A DNA stretch of 64,000 bases from a virus. The stretch is from the IMG/VR virus record IMGVR_UViG_3300021085_000009, positions 32,001-96,000 of that record. The stretch is one strand, 5' to 3'. The notes below the pieces were generated by a model. The model saw only the letters and a list, made by a program, of their open reading frames with translations. It did not search any database and was not told the origin of the DNA. A program made the translations under genes and the position numbers. Below are positions 26,701 to 36,800 of the stretch, in pieces. The number at the start of each line of letters is the position of its first letter. Position 1 is the first letter of the stretch.

Positions 26701-29338
26701 CCGCGACATACATGCCCCAGTCAGTCGCGCCGGCAAGCGCTGTATTCATCAGAGACGCACTATAAGTGGTATAACCAATACCGTACATACCACTAATCGA
26801 TGCATCTGTAGGATTATAAGAAGATCCTATAGTATAGATTGGACTTGATTTGCCACCGCTGCTCCCTACGTTATTATAGCCACCAACAAGGTGCCCAGTG
26901 TGATGGCTTAATCTGCCATATCCAGACCCCAGTGTATTATTAGAAAACCGCCATGTTTGATCTACATACATATGGCCATTATTATCTGGATGAATTTGGA
27001 ATATAGTACTACCGTTTTGGGCATACATTCGCATTCCACCTTCCCATCCGTTGGAGTGCGATTTAATAGTGAATCTTTCAGTGGCCTCTTTGACCATTTC
27101 ACCAGTACCAAGTAATGTTAAGTTAGTTGTGCCACTAACTCCGCCATCTTTGAATACAATATTTTCTCCGCCTGATGTAGCAATTCTTAAATGGCCACCT
27201 TCTTGAGCATCAATAAATCCTCTTTCAGTGGAAATACCATCACCGCTGGTTGTGTGGAATTTTATAGGAGAGCCATGGAATACATCGATACCTTGACCAA
27301 CTACTGCTCTACCTGTAGTACCCATAGTTCCGTTAGGATCTTCGTTAACTTCCATAGCAGTTGTTTCGTGAATAGTATATCCACTTGGCAATCCATTTTC
27401 AACTGATGTTGGTATTGTTGCTCTGCCCCAACCAGATCTACCAAAACCTAATTGTTTTATTTTTAGAGTATACGAGGTATTCCAGTTAGTCATATAAACT
27501 TGAAGTTTACCAGTACCGTATGTTCTGTCAGCAGTATTATATAACATACGCACTTGATTTATAGTGCGGTTACCGTGTCTTACAGCATTAAGAATTTGAA
27601 TTGAACCCTGACCATATGACCATGCCGCTTCTATTTTCACATAGTTGTGTCTGCTACTCTCATTATCATATATTTCTATAATATCGGCTTTACGAGATCC
27701 GGTAAAGTTTGCAACAGTTACCCATTGATTATTAGCGGCTCCACTTAGACTTACAGTATCTCCGCTACTTAACTCAACTCCAGCAATACTTGCATAACCT
27801 GGAATGATTGCATTACCTGCAACATTTAATGATGTTCCAGTTGATGATGGATCTAAATAATAATTAGCATTGTCAGAATCATAAAAGACTGGTGCTCGGA
27901 AAGACCCTACAGATTCTGTATAAGGAACTTCACCAAAATAGAATCTTCCACTAAGTTCTTGCATATATGCAGTTCGTGCAGTACCAGTATGGAAAGAGAT
28001 ATAAGGATTACCGGTATCGTAAACAGCAAGGTTACCTGCGCTTGTCAATGTTGAAGTTGTTCCTCCTTGTACCTTAGGAGATGCTAACATACTAACAGTA
28101 CTAAATTTTCCGGCATTATCAAGCTGAGCTTTTTCTGAAGTACCAGTAAAGAATTTTAAACTATTACGATAGTAAATGCTCATTCTATCTTGGTCTGCAA
28201 AGTTATCCCATGCTCCCTCTGTTATTCCAAGAGGGCTAGAAGTTGTAGTATCGCCGAAGTGGAGTTCTCCACCTTGAGCCATACGAATTCGTTTAATAGC
28301 ACCAGTAGAATAAGTTCCTATCTCAGTAGTATTATCTGATTTACCTGCCAAACTACCATTTACTGTTAAGTTTCCACTAATTGCAACATTAAACTGATTA
28401 AATGTAACAGAACCAGTTGAACCAGTTCCAGTTAGATCAAATTCAAAAGTATTAGACCCAGTTCCTTTAATTTCTAATGCATTATTGCCAGTATCGTATA
28501 TTACTAAAGAACCAGGTTGTGAATTAGTATGTCCTAGCATTAATGACCCATATAGCTTTGAACTACCTACAGGGTCTACATAAAAATCTGTGTTTGAAGA
28601 ATCGTAAAAGACACTAGCTCTCATGTCAGAGGCTGATGAAATTCTTGATCTTGTCGATGATACTACACCGGTATGGTCAATCTTTAAAGCAGTTTTTGAA
28701 CCTGATCCATATGAGTCTGTAGTTGAAAGATACATTTTAGTACCATAACTACCATCCGATCTTACATAGATACCTGCATGTGCATTTGTGCCATCTGATG
28801 TGTCTGAAGCGCCAAATGTAATAGCACCACCGGCGTGATCGGTAGCACTGTTTGGATCAAGGTGAAGTGACCCTGTTCCCCCGCCCTGGGTTGTCTCACT
28901 CCATACTTGAGAATAATGGAGATTTAGTTTAATCATCTCAGAAGTAGCTGCAGGATTTGTGTAATATGCTGTATTGTCAAGGTCTCTGAATGTCGTACCA
29001 TCAACACCACTTGCATTAGCTTTTAAAAAGATTAAAGCTGGATTTGCGTAACCTGTATTATCAACTTGAAGGCCTTGAGAATTAATATAAAGGGTAGAAC
29101 TATTTCCATTACCAATACGAGTCTTCCATGAGTTAATACTAGTACTAGTTATACCTTGATATAGATAGCCACCCGCTCTAACAGACATATCACCATTCAC
29201 CTCAAGCTTGAGGTTAGTAGAGTCCATTGCGGATTTAGCTTGGTTTATAGCGACGGATGGAACGCTTTGAATGTTACCACCGGCATCGACTACTAATATG
29301 CCATTAACTTCTAATCCGTCACCGGTTCTAAATGCCAT
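23747..29338 (-). CDS. Long tail fibre protein (1863 aa) with C-terminal intramolecular chaperone (peptidase S74)
   Basis: G/S/T/N-rich, with repeated FYDSxNxxYYxxP linkers. C-terminal SDRRVKENI...GFIAQDV...LVEAVKEL. Confidence 0.88.
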   Translation of the reverse strand: MAFRTGDGLEVNGILVVDAGGNIQSVPSVAINQAKSAMDSTNLKLEVNGDMSVRAGGYLYQGITSTSINSWKTRIGNGNSSTLYINSQGLQVDNTGYANPALIFLKANASGVDGTTFRDLDNTAYYTNPAATSEMIKLNLHYSQVWSETTQGGGTGSLHLDPNSATDHAGGAITFGASDTSDGTNAHAGIYVRSDGSYGTKMYLSTTDSYGSGSKTALKIDHTGVVSSTRSRISSASDMRASVFYDSSNTDFYVDPVGSSKLYGSLMLGHTNSQPGSLVIYDTGNNALEIKGTGSNTFEFDLTGTGSTGSVTFNQFNVAISGNLTVNGSLAGKSDNTTEIGTYSTGAIKRIRMAQGGELHFGDTTTSSPLGITEGAWDNFADQDRMSIYYRNSLKFFTGTSEKAQLDNAGKFSTVSMLASPKVQGGTTSTLTSAGNLAVYDTGNPYISFHTGTARTAYMQELSGRFYFGEVPYTESVGSFRAPVFYDSDNANYYLDPSSTGTSLNVAGNAIIPGYASIAGVELSSGDTVSLSGAANNQWVTVANFTGSRKADIIEIYDNESSRHNYVKIEAAWSYGQGSIQILNAVRHGNRTINQVRMLYNTADRTYGTGKLQVYMTNWNTSYTLKIKQLGFGRSGWGRATIPTSVENGLPSGYTIHETTAMEVNEDPNGTMGTTGRAVVGQGIDVFHGSPIKFHTTSGDGISTERGFIDAQEGGHLRIATSGGENIVFKDGGVSGTTNLTLLGTGEMVKEATERFTIKSHSNGWEGGMRMYAQNGSTIFQIHPDNNGHMYVDQTWRFSNNTLGSGYGRLSHHTGHLVGGYNNVGSSGGKSSPIYTIGSSYNPTDASISGMYGIGYTTYSASLMNTALAGATDWGMYVAANGTGRVWLDGHNGNISSAGSVYASTFYDSNNANYYLNPASTSFLDSISVKVGAENTGGANSSTVGLIMRYGGSSYNNNTWAHKFHKHDHGGGVPLYLSETIGTGAWSGMQRWGSYSGDNYKNVFFSALKVVGSVDADAFYDRNNSAYFLNPSAQGGNSLKTIGDWRQDSGTWSGEVAGKMQYHANNWYIQSSSETIFRNASGVNTMIQNMSSGEMTLTGDLRLSANANLTRLAHHSGHLEGTYNNVGSNGTNSNPIYTIGSAYNPSSTALGNMYGVGYASASAGYITGGLNTGNWGMYVAADGDARVWLEASSGRVCSLADMRSAAFYDIDDTGYYMDLSTNDNSLVMRGTIHVGPEGNIGLGNTTHPKRVIPGAAAAWAGSGTTTGQIVIDLPGTLANYDMLYFEVDVYEYSGKNATKIIVGGHNWNSGGNGNTGSTMWHNVGVKVIGDMDKPIYFGWRNNGSVNKRVMVIGEPASSWSYGTVRVSSVSGADDFYVGSIDYTGDWAVTQSTSSSVFTKSPTTDFNSVGTQTLKTHGRMQAYGYQGNGNVGGTGSASWHPSGVYSNGTNWLYGQIVMNNNYISGCRYIAVGADNSESHILRRNNANNTEIRTHASGTAGLLVRNGSDQFRFQLYGDGTNYGFLDNTWGSWDLQKTTNGHLYMNENTAYYLNPPTSSLLNNVTIAGQLNMNAGNYEGSIVFGAVDSWHTGIRQHDDADAELRIWAANSNGRIHIATGYNGEPASISRPTDGFVVDHNNVGIGPGFQSIDPSEKLHVIGNMKLTGNLIGNANSATFKANTVTSYGSWCTSGSRGGYDGIVFDNGGDAAIMFDGSGNGGAYRQSGGGWYYYFHVGNNCLGLNESTTSSSYGAYLTGSFYATGNITAYSDRRVKENIVQIDNALEKVNKLEGVYYNRIDDESKTKEIGFIAQDVNEVAPELVTYAEDVDQYGVKYGNTTALLVEAVKELTQQVKDLKQEIKEIKNVK

Positions 29339-29371
29339 TTCTTAATCCTCTATTTGTATATTTCATATTAC

Positions 29372-29379
29372 TATTTATA
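29372..29379 (-). promoter_or_regulatory. T4 late promoter TATAAATA
   Basis: Exact consensus upstream of the 1863-aa fibre. Confidence 0.8.
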
Positions 29380-29389
29380 GGTAAATCCA

Positions 29390-32300
29390 CTATATCATTC
29401 TCCTAAATTTAAATATATAATTACTAGCACTGGTGGAATTGTGTGTCGCTCTTAGCTGTAGCATTAAATTGTCTCCGCCACTTGGATGTCTTAGTGTTCT
29501 TAAGAATATATTTCCGTCATTTGGCGCATGGCCTGCTCTATGCAAAGTAATTTCATCAACCTCGTTGCTATTAGTGCCGCCATTATACCAACTCATAACA
29601 CCTGAATAATATTCTTGATAATGATATCTAGGAACATCGCTATCAGCGTATATTTGTACTATATAGGTTCCAGTCGATAAATCAGTACCGTTTATTCCAG
29701 TATCTTGCCATGAAGTAGTTAATTGTGCTGAGACAGTTACTGTATATAACTGATCAACATCACTACCAGATGTCATTGTTAGACCAGTATGTTGTACATT
29801 ACCAGCAAACTTTGCACTTGTAGTTGTGTGGTTCGGATCTACATAATATGTAGTATCGTCAGAATCATAATAGACTGGCGATCTAGTCGCGTGATATATG
29901 TGAGTTCCGCTATTCCAGGTTCTAACTCCCCAACTGCCATCCGCAGATAATAGGCCAAACCCAGCAGTATCAAAATAAACATAACCTTGTAAAGCGTCGC
30001 TTCCGTTATAGTATTTAATACCACCGGTTGTTGTGTGGCCAGACTTATATCTTAGATAACTACTATTCCCTTCATCAAGAAACCGGACATCATCATTAAA
30101 ATGTAATTGATTGACATAATTTATATCGTTGTTTGCAATATGATGGCTTCTTCCCCAATGAATGTAACTAGTACTATTAGTATCATAATAGAACAACGTT
30201 GAATCAGTACCATTATTTCTTGTGTTCCACGTAAATCGATATCCTGAGTCCCAGTCCCAATGGACTCCGTATCTAATATTGTTAGTGCCACCTTCTCCAA
30301 AGTATAAATCAGAATCACCACTATCAGTAGCACCAATATGAACTATATCATTAATGTGTGTAATGTCGCCGCTTCCATTACCAAGTTGAGTATTGCCAGA
30401 AACATTTAATGTTGTAGCATTTAATGTCGAAAGAGTTAATGCATTAAATACTGAGGTACTGCCAGGGTTTGAGTAATAATTTGTATTGTCGCTATCATAA
30501 AAAATAGGAGCTCTCATTTGAGAACTTGCAATTACCGCGCCGTTATCTCCATGAATAGTTAATCGTTCTGTTGCTGTTCCAGCGTTAGAAGGTTTAAATA
30601 CTATATTTCTACTTGTAGTACCACCCTGAATAAAGAAATCAATTTGGGCATCCCATGCAGCCATACTGAATATGTTACTGCCATAGTTTATTTTACCATT
30701 CCAGTTCATATCGGTACCACCAATCTGAACTTGATTGCCGTTCCACGATACTTGAGGATTTCCACCTGTGCCTACAGCAAAATCTGCTTTACCAGAGTTA
30801 TTACCACCACCGTTAACCATAAACTTATTAACTACTGAAGTTTCAGATGGATCAGTATAATATGCTGTATTATCAGAAGAGTAATATCTTTCTGATCTTA
30901 AATTTCTTCCATAAAAATATCCATCATGATTAAATTCTGCGGTTTTTGTGAATGTGCCTCTTCCCGTTGATGATGAGGTTGTTCCATGTTTCTTCTGATA
31001 GACTTGCATTGTACCAGAACCACCAGAAAATTGACGTAACATAAACATACCAGCGTTTACATCACCTGAATAACCTGGAGTCCAAGAATCAGTCTGAGCT
31101 CCGTCATAAGTAGCATTTACCGAAAGTGTTGCAGTATTACTTCCTGTTGCACCATGTAATTTTAAGTATGAACCCAATCTAATTTCAGATGTACTATTAG
31201 ACATCACTAAATTACCAGCAATACTTGTATTACCAGTTAATGATGGATTTGCTAATGGAGCTTTTGTCGCAATACTATTAGTAACTGTTGTACTAAAGTT
31301 TGCGTCATCTCCAAGCGCCGCGGCTAATTCGTTTAGTGTGTCTAATGTAGTTGGTGCAGAATCAGTAATTGCGGCGACAATAGTTGACTGAGTTGCGTAT
31401 CCGTTATTTGAAAGGTATGTTCCTACTCTTGCATCTGTGTAGTAGAGATTAGATCCTTCTGATAAATTTCCAGTATTATGGTTGTTAAGATTAGAAGCCT
31501 GTGTTGCTGTACCAGACAATGAACCTGTAATATCACCGGTAATAGTACCAGTAACTGTAATACCAGAACCTGTAACTGCTAATTTTGTATTACCTCCAAC
31601 ATTAAAAGTTTGTCCTGATACATTAGAAGAAGCTCCATATAATATTGAGCCTCCGGCATAAGTATCAACTGGACCAATATACATTGTGTTACTACCATTG
31701 AGAATCATAGTTCTGGTATATGCACCAGCAGAATCTCTCATTCTAATAGCGGTATTATTACTTGTAAATGATAACTGACCACTCATCTCAGTAGCACCAA
31801 CATTTTTAAAATCAGCACTATTAAATGTAATGTCTCCAGTAGATGAATTTATACTTAATTGACCTGTATCATCTGTTATGCCATTTCTTGCTCTTACTGT
31901 TCCATCAAAATATGCACCTTGACTACTATTTACATAGAAATAATTGTCTGATACTAAAACAACTCCATCATTTCTAACTCTAAATAGGTCTAAACTAGAA
32001 CTATCTTTTACAGTTAGTCCATCTGTTGAAGAGTCACTTGTAGTACCTTTAATTACTAAATTTCTAATATTACTTGCACCGGCTGGATTCACAAAATACG
32101 CTGTATCACTTCTATCTTTATATGAAGCAAATCGAGCATTCATTTCTGATATTACATCATAACTTGCATTATTATACCAACCAAGAAATAGGTGTTGATT
32201 CTGTGTAGAATCTATGTATAATTGGCCAGTACTAGATGCTGTAATTCTTGCAGGAGATGAAGTGTTATGACCAGGAATAGCTTTTCCAAAATCTATATCT

Positions 32301-33826
32301 CCGATACCACTTACGGTGCTATTAACTGTTAAGGTTCCATCTACTGTAATTAAACTATCAGATATTTTTAGGGTTGGTGTTGTTTCATTGTATGGAACAT
32401 GAAAATTTAAACTTGGAGAATCTGGATTGTATTTAATATCAGCGTAGGATTGTGTACCGCTAGAATTTTTAGCGTTCATTCTAAGTACTGGTTTGTGACT
32501 ATTTGTATTTGTATGTAGTCTTAAGGTTGCGTCTTCATCATCAACATCAAGGATATTTAAAACAGTTCCTATATGACTATTTGTGTTTATGCCTACTCTG
32601 TTTTCTGTTGCATTGACATGCAGTGTTCCACTTCCTATAGAAGAAGCTCCTGTAGAAGTTATTGCAGCACTAGAGATAGTTCCACCTACTTCTAGACCAG
32701 CTGTTGTAAATTTGTGTATTGTATAATTAGTGTTATCGCTTTTATAAACTCTTAAATTAAGAACTTTATTTGTGCTTCCCGCAGCCGATCCAACGTGCCA
32801 ATATACATTAGTTCCATCGTGTGTGTTTGAATAGGCATGCGCTGGCAGCATAGTGCTACTGCCTCGCATATCTAAATTATTAAGTATTGAACCAGTGGCT
32901 GGATTGACGTAGTATGCAGTATTATTTGAATCGTAATATATTGGAGCTGATACTTGTCTAACTACATTAACATCTCTACCAAAGTTCGCATCATTATCTG
33001 CAGTAAGAGCCATGGCTCTATTCGCATATGATGTTCCTCGACCATTTGTACCAAATATAAAGTATCCACTTGTTTGGTCTGCCCAGATATAATTTGCACT
33101 AGGTCTCTTAAATATAAGATTACCGGCACTTGAATTACCAACATTTAAATTACCTTGTACTGATACATGCCCAGTAAATGTTGGCGATTCTTCAAACGTA
33201 GATGATATAACACCTGTAGAAGAATTGTAACTTATTGCATTACCTGTTGCACTTATCGCTGCTCTTGCTCTTGCAGTTGTATGATAAAGGTTACTACCTT
33301 CTGTAATATTAGAAGTGTTCTGTGCTGGCATCGTGAATGACATAACACCAGTTGTTGAGTTATATGATAGTGAACCTGTTGCACTTATAGCGCTTCTAGC
33401 TCTTGCAGTTGTATGATAAAGATTTCCGTTTTCGGCTATGTCACCTGTATCAAGTACGACTGAACCAGTTGCGCTATTAACGCTTATAACTGGAGAAGCA
33501 CTAGCACTAAACGATATAACACCTGTGGATGAATTATATGATAAATCTCCAGAAGCACTTATAGCTGCTCTGACTCTTGCTTCAGTATAATATTTGTAAT
33601 TAGTGTGTTCACTAATATCACCAGTATTAAGAGTTACAGAACCACCAAGCGATGTACTATGTCCAGCAATAGAAATACTACTGTTTTCTAATTTACTATT
33701 AGGAAGAGTTGGAATATCACTAGGCGCTAGTTTACCTCCAGAGATATCTAGTGCACTTTTGCTTTCTTTTACTTTACCGTCACTAGCTAGTAGTTCTGCT
33801 AATAGTCTACCTTTGGATTTAGCCAC
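29390..33826 (-). CDS. Tail fibre protein (1478 aa, GTG start)
   Basis: N-terminal TxxIxExxNLYxTxARxRxAISxxGxxSYNSxTGV repeats, LDTLNELAAALGDD fibre motif, and a globular C-terminal tip. AGGAG RBS before GTG. Confidence 0.85.
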   Translation of the reverse strand: MAKSKGRLLAELLASDGKVKESKSALDISGGKLAPSDIPTLPNSKLENSSISIAGHSTSLGGSVTLNTGDISEHTNYKYYTEARVRAAISASGDLSYNSSTGVISFSASASPVISVNSATGSVVLDTGDIAENGNLYHTTARARSAISATGSLSYNSTTGVMSFTMPAQNTSNITEGSNLYHTTARARAAISATGNAISYNSSTGVISSTFEESPTFTGHVSVQGNLNVGNSSAGNLIFKRPSANYIWADQTSGYFIFGTNGRGTSYANRAMALTADNDANFGRDVNVVRQVSAPIYYDSNNTAYYVNPATGSILNNLDMRGSSTMLPAHAYSNTHDGTNVYWHVGSAAGSTNKVLNLRVYKSDNTNYTIHKFTTAGLEVGGTISSAAITSTGASSIGSGTLHVNATENRVGINTNSHIGTVLNILDVDDEDATLRLHTNTNSHKPVLRMNAKNSSGTQSYADIKYNPDSPSLNFHVPYNETTPTLKISDSLITVDGTLTVNSTVSGIGDIDFGKAIPGHNTSSPARITASSTGQLYIDSTQNQHLFLGWYNNASYDVISEMNARFASYKDRSDTAYFVNPAGASNIRNLVIKGTTSDSSTDGLTVKDSSSLDLFRVRNDGVVLVSDNYFYVNSSQGAYFDGTVRARNGITDDTGQLSINSSTGDITFNSADFKNVGATEMSGQLSFTSNNTAIRMRDSAGAYTRTMILNGSNTMYIGPVDTYAGGSILYGASSNVSGQTFNVGGNTKLAVTGSGITVTGTITGDITGSLSGTATQASNLNNHNTGNLSEGSNLYYTDARVGTYLSNNGYATQSTIVAAITDSAPTTLDTLNELAAALGDDANFSTTVTNSIATKAPLANPSLTGNTSIAGNLVMSNSTSEIRLGSYLKLHGATGSNTATLSVNATYDGAQTDSWTPGYSGDVNAGMFMLRQFSGGSGTMQVYQKKHGTTSSSTGRGTFTKTAEFNHDGYFYGRNLRSERYYSSDNTAYYTDPSETSVVNKFMVNGGGNNSGKADFAVGTGGNPQVSWNGNQVQIGGTDMNWNGKINYGSNIFSMAAWDAQIDFFIQGGTTSRNIVFKPSNAGTATERLTIHGDNGAVIASSQMRAPIFYDSDNTNYYSNPGSTSVFNALTLSTLNATTLNVSGNTQLGNGSGDITHINDIVHIGATDSGDSDLYFGEGGTNNIRYGVHWDWDSGYRFTWNTRNNGTDSTLFYYDTNSTSYIHWGRSHHIANNDINYVNQLHFNDDVRFLDEGNSSYLRYKSGHTTTGGIKYYNGSDALQGYVYFDTAGFGLLSADGSWGVRTWNSGTHIYHATRSPVYYDSDDTTYYVDPNHTTTSAKFAGNVQHTGLTMTSGSDVDQLYTVTVSAQLTTSWQDTGINGTDLSTGTYIVQIYADSDVPRYHYQEYYSGVMSWYNGGTNSNEVDEITLHRAGHAPNDGNIFLRTLRHPSGGDNLMLQLRATHNSTSASNYIFKFRRMI

Positions 33827-33834
33827 ATAAACTC

Positions 33835-36800
33835 CTATTTAATTTGCTCTTTGAGATCTTTGATGTCTTGTACCAATCTATTTATAACACTTTGTTGTTC
33901 TTTCATGCCTTCTATAAGTAATCCCACCATGTTACCATAAGCTACATTTTTAGGATTAATATCGCCATTCCCGTCTTCAGGAGTTTCTGATACAAGACAC
34001 TTAGTTTCGGCTATAGCTTCTACTTCCTGTGCTATAACTCCCATGCTGTCATCGCCAGACTCTTTCCATTTAAATGTAACACCTCTCAATTTACTAATAG
34101 TATCAAGTGGATTTTCAATTGTTTTTATTTCAGTCTTTAATCTTTCATCAGAATAAGCAGTTACGTTACCAGCAAATGTAACGTTACCTGACCTATCCAT
34201 CGTCATTAATGAAGTTCCCCAACCACCATTTCTATGGCCGTGATCTTTCTTAATTCTAAAGTTACTGTCTGTGTAACCAAAACCTACTGTATATGTTTCA
34301 GTATTATTAACATGAGAAAATATAATTGAAGGTTTATCAGTACCAGCTGTTCCATTGATTCTATACTCTGCAATACAACCCCATGCAAAGTTTCCTGACG
34401 AATTCTGGAAAAGAGAGCCAATATTATTTCCCCCTCCGTTTGTTTGCGTAACCTTTAATGCTGGAGTTGATGTAACACTTTGAAGATTTGTTGAACTAGC
34501 AGGGTCTACATAAAAGCCACTACTGTTCTGATCGTAAAAACCTGAAGCTGAGCAGGTACCAACAAGGGCCAAATTACCTGTAGTAGCGTTTAGTGACATT
34601 TTCGATGTTGCAGTCGCACCACCACCACCGCCAGTACCAGTTTCCCAGTTCCACCCATAAGTAGCTACGCCTTCCATTCTTGAACGTAATGCCCAAGATG
34701 TTACACCAGCCAATCCAGTAGGAGGTGTTAAGTTTCCATTTGGTCCACAGCTACCTTGTCCCGGCGCTCCCATGTAATCTTGCCAGTTATAATATGATTC
34801 GTTATACCAGCTGATTCCAGTTGTCGCTGTCGATACTCTCATCAACGATAAGCCATGAGCTTTAACAGAAGCAGTGCCATCTCTTTTTACAATACTATTA
34901 TTTACTGCACTTTCTTCTGCGTTATAGCCATCAAGCAAATCAGCATCTAATCCTGAACCTGAACCATCATTATTATCACTCCATAACTTATTCCAACTAA
35001 AGAAAGTTCCAGACTGATGCCATCCTCGTGCATATAATGAAGTGCTGTTGTACCCTCCATATATTTGAAGCCCCGTATCTATACCCTTAGCAACAATTAA
35101 CTGAGCGTAATCAGGTGCACCAGAAGGTTTATTTGAATTGGTTCCGGATCCAGTATTGTAAAAACCACTGGTTAAATATGAATTAAGATTTGTTGCGTTA
35201 GTTCGTGAACCATCCATGTGTTCAACAAACTCAGAGGCGTGTTTTCCATCAAGTAAATCTGCATCTAGACCAGAACCTGAGCCATCATTACCTGCATGCC
35301 AGGCCACATTAGCTCCACCGATATAAGTTGTTCCGCCTCTATAATAGTTTAGGTATAAATTACCATCTGCTGCCGAGTCAATGTGTAAGTTAGAAGAAGA
35401 GCTAATTCTGTGAATGCCATTTGAGTTTGTTCCGGTTGACCACCCACCTACATATAGAGACGCTCCTCCATTTCCTCTAGTAGATATTATGGCTGGAGAG
35501 TCACTTGCTGGGAAAGTGTAAGTAGTTCCTGCAGTTACTGTATCATCAGCGTCGCTTCTTAGGAATGAAGCAGCATGTAATCCATCAACAGTATCAGAGT
35601 TACCACCATTTGCTGGAAGAGAAGTAGGATTAGTATAGTATGAACCTTGTTGACCATCAAGTAAATCTGCATCTAGTGTTGAACCTGAGCCATCGTTTGA
35701 ACTATTCCAGAATTTATGGTTATACGCGCTTGTAGCAATTCCGTATACAGCAGGTGTTCCAGCACTGTTATACGATACTGGCATATTAAGATATACTTCG
35801 TTAGCAACTCCACTGTCAGCTTGTGCTGATGTTCTTTCCGAAACAGTAACATCATAAGCGGCGTTTGAATGATCATACGAATACCATTTGTGTGGTGAAG
35901 CAGATACATAGTTTGAGGCTGATGTACTGTCATTTACTTCAATACTAATATCAGCATTTGACCATATATGATATGTTGCTGTACCACCTCTAAGCCATAC
36001 AACGTGTTTCATCGTATGTGCTGTAAACGCAATACCACCAAAGATTCTACGATAGACTTCACCAAATTCTTGAACTCGTATTCCAGTAGGATAACCACCC
36101 CACCCAGATGATCCCATAATTTTATAGTTAAAAGTAAGTCCACCCATGTGAGTAGAACTACCCCATGAAGATGGAGCAGTTTCACCATAACCTCTAAAAA
36201 TTTGGAAATCAGTTACTCTATCACCACCTCCACCACTTATAACTACAGGGTAGTAAGTAGCGGCATCACCATTAACAGTAAAGTCTATTCTTTCACCAAC
36301 ACCTAGCTGGTTGTGAAAATGCATATTATCAACAGTATCAGAGTTACCACCATTTGCTGGAAGAGAAGTAGGATTAGTATAATAAGAACCATGTTGGCCA
36401 TCTAATAAATCAGCATCTAATCCTGAACCTGATCCATCATTACCAGCGCCCCATAAGTTTCCTTGGCCTGCTGTAACCATCAACCCGTTTGTTCCAATAC
36501 TCATTCTAGGTACAGTAGTACTTGAAGACCAACCCCCAAGAACCATCGTATTAGAAGTATCTAAGCCCCAGTTAATAGCATACGCCCCACTTCTATGGAA
36601 AGCCATATATGCAGCCGTAGTACCAGTAGTATATGCTTGTAAAGAAGCACTTCCACCTCCACCAAGAGGTGACGTAGCAGTTCCCGCAGGTTTGAAGTAT
36701 TTCGTACCTGTAATAGTTACTGCATTTGTAGATGAGACTGTTTCTGCTGTTAGAGTACCTGTGTTAGTTGTATATCCAGAAGGATTACTTGCAGGGTAAT

